From NCBI GenBank assembly GCA_046710875.1, contig JBKEHQ010000001.1:1119-65118 (forward strand): a stretch of DNA of 64,000 nucleotides, given 5' to 3'. Origin of the DNA: Candidatus Thalassarchaeaceae archaeon. Lineage in GTDB: Archaea > Thermoplasmatota > Poseidoniia > Poseidoniales > Thalassarchaeaceae. The stretch's first letter is position 1. Each line of letters begins with the position of its first letter. Both the position numbers and the translations under genes were made by a program. The notes under the pieces are model-generated. The model was not told the origin of the DNA. It did no database searches and worked only from the letters and a program-made list of their open reading frames with translations. This document shows, in pieces, positions 59,444 through 64,000 of the stretch.

Positions 59444-60126
59444 TATTTTTCCTCCTTTGGAATTGTTTCTTCAACAGTCGGAGCTTGTGCCGCATCAGAT
59501 TTAATTTTTTCAACAAAATCTTCTGTTGCCTGACTTGGATTTTCATCATTCTGTTGTTCTGAATCTTCATCCACTCCAACCACTCTCAACCTTTCTAATT
59601 CCTGACGGAATGTAGAATTATCATTCATGAAGGGAGAATTTGAATTATATTGTAATGCATCTTCCTCGTCTTTCATTATATGATATCCTGGGACCGTCAT
59701 TTTTTGTGGACCTATTGAAATATGTCCATGCATGATTAATTGCCTAGAAGATCTCATTGTTGGGGCTAATCCACGCCTGTAAACAACTGACTGCAATCTT
59801 CGAGAAAGCATCTGATCTACATCAATTTGAAGCACATCTCCAACAGATGCACCTTCAGGTAACAATCCTCTTCTGGTTAAAGAATCAATTAATTGATCCT
59901 TTTCTCTTGCGAAATGACCTTCTGAAGTATCTACTCTTCCTATCAACTTCATTGCTTGATTTCTATATCTCCTAAGTGAAGTTTTCTCTCTCCATATTTC
60001 TTTCATACCACCTGTTTTTTTTAGGCCATACTTTTCTTTTAAGGCATGTTCTTCATCAATCCTTGCTTGTTTCCAAGGATGTGTTGGCGTTTGTGTCTTA
60101 GACCTTGCAAATTTTGGATCACCCAT
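59443..60126 (-). CDS. rps4: 30S ribosomal protein S4 (with acidic C-terminal extension)
   Basis: uS4 N-terminal region and S4 RNA-binding domain. Extra about 45-aa Glu/Asp-rich tail. Confidence 0.85.
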   Translation of the reverse strand: MGDPKFARSKTQTPTHPWKQARIDEEHALKEKYGLKKTGGMKEIWREKTSLRRYRNQAMKLIGRVDTSEGHFAREKDQLIDSLTRRGLLPEGASVGDVLQIDVDQMLSRRLQSVVYRRGLAPTMRSSRQLIMHGHISIGPQKMTVPGYHIMKDEEDALQYNSNSPFMNDNSTFRQELERLRVVGVDEDSEQQNDENPSQATEDFVEKIKSDAAQAPTVEETIPKEEK

Positions 60127-60138
60127 TCTTAATCACCT

Positions 60139-60681
60139 CTATTTCTTCTTTACAACACCGAGTGTTGTTCCTGATCGACCATTAGACCTAAGGCGCTGAC
60201 CTCTCACTTTGTGACCGCTTCTATGACGCATCCCTCTGTAAGTTTTCATACCTGCTAATCTAGATATATCATCATCACGTGTTAATTTTACTTCGAGGGA
60301 AACTAGGTGAGCATCTTCGTTACTTTCTAAATCACGTTGTCGATTCATCAACCACCATGGTGCAATTGTGGCATAATCATCTATAGCCGATCTTATCGAA
60401 TCTTTTTCTTCTGTAGAAAGTAATCCTCCTAACTTTGTACCATCTATTCCTGAAAGTCTACAAATTTGCTGTGAGGTTCTAACTCCAACTCCTTTGATTG
60501 ATGTTAATCCAATCGATATCGGACTTAAACCATCGATGTCACTTTCTGCTATTCTAAATATGTAGGAGAAATCATCCCCTAGTTCTGCTTCATTCACTTT
60601 TGCCATACCGGTTCCCCCGTGTTCACTGTTTCCAGTGGCCCAATGGGCATCCTCGCGACTTACCGTCCCTATTTGAAACAT
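60139..60681 (-). CDS. rps13: 30S ribosomal protein S13
   Basis: GLTSIKGVGVRTSQQI... and basic C-terminus MRHRSGHKVRGQRLRSNGR. Confidence 0.9.
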   Translation of the reverse strand: MFQIGTVSREDAHWATGNSEHGGTGMAKVNEAELGDDFSYIFRIAESDIDGLSPISIGLTSIKGVGVRTSQQICRLSGIDGTKLGGLLSTEEKDSIRSAIDDYATIAPWWLMNRQRDLESNEDAHLVSLEVKLTRDDDISRLAGMKTYRGMRHRSGHKVRGQRLRSNGRSGTTLGVVKKK

Positions 60682-60710
60682 ACGGAGTATAATTTATTAT
60701 TAAAAAATAT

Positions 60711-62015
60711 TTAATTGTCTTCTTTACATACTATATATAGGGGGTGACTAGATTGCCCTCTATCTAAGTGAATATCTATCATAAATGCTTTAGAACCTTC
60801 TTTACCCTTCAATTCAAAATCTAATTTTCGTTGGACTTTAGGGTGCATTTCTGGATCCATATTACATCTTAGAGTCACTTTATTTATTTCATATCGTAAT
60901 GCCGCGGCAGCAACTTGGTCTACGGTCCGCAGCTCTGGGGCCGTCAATCTATGTTGTACTACTTTTCCACTACAAACAACAAACTCATCACTACTTTCAT
61001 GTTCAAGTAATGGCTCTGTATGTATTAATAGGGGTCTTCTGCCCTTTAATCTCAACCATGAATGCCCACATCCAGGAGGTATAACATTTTTTAGCCAAGA
61101 TTCTTGTAATCCACTTTCTATCAAGGATGAATCAATTATGGATATCCAAGATCCAAATGGCGGGGGCTTACTTAATCCTATAAGTTCGGATTTTTTTGGT
61201 AATCCTTCAATTTTAGCCATTATATTCTTTCTACCTACTCGGATGCACCTATGGCTCGATTTAGAAGAAATCGACCCAACCCATACTGACAATCTATCAA
61301 CTCTCCCTCCTCCTTGGCTCAACCATTCCCAAGTCAATGGTGCGCCAGGAAATACTGTTTCTAAAATTGAATCTACCATATTTCTTTGTTGGCTATCTAA
61401 TCTTGGAGATAGATCCAATAAAACAGCAGGACCTCTGGGCCCAACTTGAAGAAATTTACTCCAAGATGAAAGAAGATTTTTTAGAGATGGTTGCATTTCA
61501 TCTATATGGTGATTCTGTGCATCTCGTGGCCTAGCTGGGTCCAGATGTAACATAGCTATGGGTGGATGAGCTCTAGTTCCAGCATTTCGTAAACTCTTCC
61601 AAAATGCATCCATTGCCTCCTCAGACTTTGTTCCATCGCCAATAAGAACTCTGTCCATAGTTCGTTGTAGATCATCCTTGTCTGCATTAATGTACATATT
61701 GGCTGCACATAATTTTGCAATCTCCTTATCAATTTCGATTCCCAATGCAGGACGTTTTAATCCCATTGAAAATGCTATCAATTGTACTCCTGAACCAGCA
61801 GCAGCATCTAATATGACGCCGGCTGGTAAATTCTTGATATCAATTTGACCAGCCCGTATAGATGCAATTGACCATGGTGTTGATAATTTTTGCATATCTT
61901 CAGTCATAAAAAATAGTGGGTCACCCTTTCTTTTTGCTTTCGAATTAGTAACTTCTTCTGCAGCGTCGGCAATATTTTTTGAGGGTATTAAATCTATGTG
62001 TGTAATGGAGGACAC
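60711..62015 (-). CDS. Class I SAM-dependent methyltransferase-domain protein with large C-terminal extension
   Basis: Motif I VILDAAAGSGVQLIAFS. Motif IV-like LHLDPARP. About 250 C-terminal residues not assigned. Confidence 0.5.
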   Translation of the reverse strand: MSSITHIDLIPSKNIADAAEEVTNSKAKRKGDPLFFMTEDMQKLSTPWSIASIRAGQIDIKNLPAGVILDAAAGSGVQLIAFSMGLKRPALGIEIDKEIAKLCAANMYINADKDDLQRTMDRVLIGDGTKSEEAMDAFWKSLRNAGTRAHPPIAMLHLDPARPRDAQNHHIDEMQPSLKNLLSSWSKFLQVGPRGPAVLLDLSPRLDSQQRNMVDSILETVFPGAPLTWEWLSQGGGRVDRLSVWVGSISSKSSHRCIRVGRKNIMAKIEGLPKKSELIGLSKPPPFGSWISIIDSSLIESGLQESWLKNVIPPGCGHSWLRLKGRRPLLIHTEPLLEHESSDEFVVCSGKVVQHRLTAPELRTVDQVAAAALRYEINKVTLRCNMDPEMHPKVQRKLDFELKGKEGSKAFMIDIHLDRGQSSHPLYIVCKEDN

Positions 62016-62062
62016 AAGTCATTCGGAGGTAGCCATCAGTCAAGTCACTTTCGTGAATATCT

Positions 62063-63019
62063 TTAAGAAATCGGAGCCCTATCTAACTTTAATTCAAATC
62101 GTAGCCAAACTTCCTTTAATTCATGATCATCACTTTGTCCGTACGCAATCGGTGGAGGCAATAATGTTGTATGAGTTGTTCCAGTATCGAGTCCAGGCAT
62201 CAATGCTCCGCGATCATTATTGATATCCAAACCAATAAGTGACCAACCGAATCCATATATTGAGCCAAAAGAATCTCCAGAATTTTCAGCCCATGTTCCT
62301 GAATCTAACTCTTCTCCACTGTCTGCATTCCATACTGTATATTGAACTTCAACTTTATCTTCACTTTCAATATGTAAATCTCTTTGCTCTGTTCCTGTAA
62401 ATATGTGAATATCGAGCTTTACTTCTGAAGAAGGAGTTGATACATGTTTTGCAATAATACTAACCTTTTCTTCTGAAACTTCCTCTAGTAATTGAATCTC
62501 TATAATTTGCGTACTCTTACCTTCTAAACCATTCAAAATTAAACTGGTTTCGCCAGTAGCAGAAAATATTACATTTTCCACATCAACAGTTAATATCAAG
62601 TCTAAACTATTATTTCCTATGTTGTACACTGCAATACTTGCCCTGTCTCCTTCACCTTGGTGCTCCCAATCACATCTCAACTCACCAGGATATAGGAAGA
62701 AATCATCTTGATCAGCCAAATTATCCGGCCATTCCCAATTACCTTCTCTAGACGTACAAGTATCAAATAATAAATCCAATTCCCAGAGCCATCTTCCGTC
62801 AGAATTTAGTATTTGAGAATTAGTTGATTCAAAAGGATCTAGATTATCTATAAAGTATTTTGCTGAAATCCCAACCCACGCTGAAGATATAACAACCATT
62901 AACAGGGTAATTATTGATAATATTAAAGCAACCCTTGGTACTGCCATCTCATTTAATCCAAGAGGGACGGGGGGGTGCTCTATTTCATCCGAGGTATCGG
63001 ATATCCAAGACCTTGTCAC
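62063..63019 (-). CDS. Signal-anchored extracellular protein (hypothetical)
   Basis: N-terminal TM VALILSIITLLMVVISSAWV, then a beta-rich, Asp/Glu-rich ectodomain. Confidence 0.4.
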   Translation of the reverse strand: MTRSWISDTSDEIEHPPVPLGLNEMAVPRVALILSIITLLMVVISSAWVGISAKYFIDNLDPFESTNSQILNSDGRWLWELDLLFDTCTSREGNWEWPDNLADQDDFFLYPGELRCDWEHQGEGDRASIAVYNIGNNSLDLILTVDVENVIFSATGETSLILNGLEGKSTQIIEIQLLEEVSEEKVSIIAKHVSTPSSEVKLDIHIFTGTEQRDLHIESEDKVEVQYTVWNADSGEELDSGTWAENSGDSFGSIYGFGWSLIGLDINNDRGALMPGLDTGTTHTTLLPPPIAYGQSDDHELKEVWLRFELKLDRAPIS

Positions 63020-63082
63020 GTTCCGTTGTCAAGGCCCCCTATCATCAAGTTTAGCCTTTAATGAGTAAATTAATCTTATTTT

Positions 63083-63961
63083 TTAATCTTTTAGTAATTC
63101 TTTTTCATTAGATATCCCTAACCAAGCCACAATTCCTAATTCTACTGCAAGCAAAGTTAAAATTATAAGTAGATTAATAGGATTTAATATCGAATTAACA
63201 AAAATCATACTAAATAAAACTGCTAATATCAAATCAAATAAACCTAATATTCTCAAAATTCTTCGTAATTGTAATATACCAATTATCCAAACAGATGTAG
63301 AAAGTAATATCATTAATATTGAAAAATATATTTGATTATAATAACCAGTCCAGAAAAGTCCCAAAATTATTAATATATGGGCATTAAAAGTTGCCATCAT
63401 AGTCCACTCTTCTCGATTTAATTTTGTTGATACTATACATATTATTAGCATTAATATTCCTAATAATAATGCTGCATAAGGTATAAAAATCTTAATTTCA
63501 GGAGACCAAGCACCAAATGATATCATGACCAAGATAATTCCTAAAATTGCGACTCCAGTACTGCTGGGTTGTTTACTTCTGTAACCTTGTCTGATGGTAC
63601 TTAGAACTGCTAACATACCAGCAGGGCCAAATGACATTATTACAATGGCCATATTCCTCATTCCTCTATTTGGATTATTTTTTGTACTAGCATCAACCTC
63701 TCTCTTATTGACTATCCAAAAATCACATATTAAAGTTAAAATTAGTAAAACCTCCAATAATAGCCATGGCAAGTTCCATTCTTCAAAATTAGTTTGAATG
63801 AAAGGATCTACTGTAAGCGGAAAGGGCAATGATTCATTCATCATTGCACCCAAAATCCTACTAATAAAAAGTGGAATTATAAACCAATCAATTGCCACTG
63901 GAATTCTATCAATTAAATTTTCTTGATATATCAAAGAAATAACTGCCAACTCCATTATCAA
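63083..63961 (-). CDS. Polytopic membrane protein (hypothetical)
   Basis: 292 aa, about 9 TM helices. Confidence 0.4.
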   Translation of the reverse strand: MIMELAVISLIYQENLIDRIPVAIDWFIIPLFISRILGAMMNESLPFPLTVDPFIQTNFEEWNLPWLLLEVLLILTLICDFWIVNKREVDASTKNNPNRGMRNMAIVIMSFGPAGMLAVLSTIRQGYRSKQPSSTGVAILGIILVMISFGAWSPEIKIFIPYAALLLGILMLIICIVSTKLNREEWTMMATFNAHILIILGLFWTGYYNQIYFSILMILLSTSVWIIGILQLRRILRILGLFDLILAVLFSMIFVNSILNPINLLIILTLLAVELGIVAWLGISNEKELLKD

Positions 63962-64000
63962 AATAATTAAAATTGCTAAATCAAAAAGTTCATTATTACT

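Overview
This is a low-GC (about 33%) archaeal chromosomal segment, compactly coded and using Shine-Dalgarno-like GGAGG motifs. Archaeal markers: a complete archaellum (fla/arl) operon, the DNA polymerase D large subunit (DP2), primase large subunit PriL, archaeal-type LeuRS, KEOPS Pcc1, and the S13-S4-S11-RpoD gene string. Housekeeping genes: pyrE, fumC, rpe, trxA, monothiol Grx/BolA, MetAP2, RlmH, NadC, an M32 carboxypeptidase, an ABC-F ATPase and a cyclophilin. Accessory content: a 1642-aa CARDB-like surface protein with a C-terminal multi-TM anchor that is translationally coupled to a coiled-coil partner, a secreted YfaP/DUF2135-like protein, and the archaellum cluster with two tandem archaellins and an unassigned 269-aa gene. 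There is also a wHTH-NB-ARC (STAND) NTPase with raised GC, an orphan bacterial-type AceE E1, and a TPD/PD-(D/E)xK nuclease-like protein after leuS. A 740-bp noncoding, pyrimidine-rich region after fumC carries a perfect 13-bp hairpin, a 16-nt direct repeat and an RNase P/SRP-RNA-like motif. I found no tRNA, rRNA, CRISPR array, transposase or integrase. The lineage (Thermoplasmatota/MGII-like euryarchaeon versus other marine archaea) cannot be settled from this window. All product assignments rest on motifs read by eye and recalled family signatures; no database search was run.
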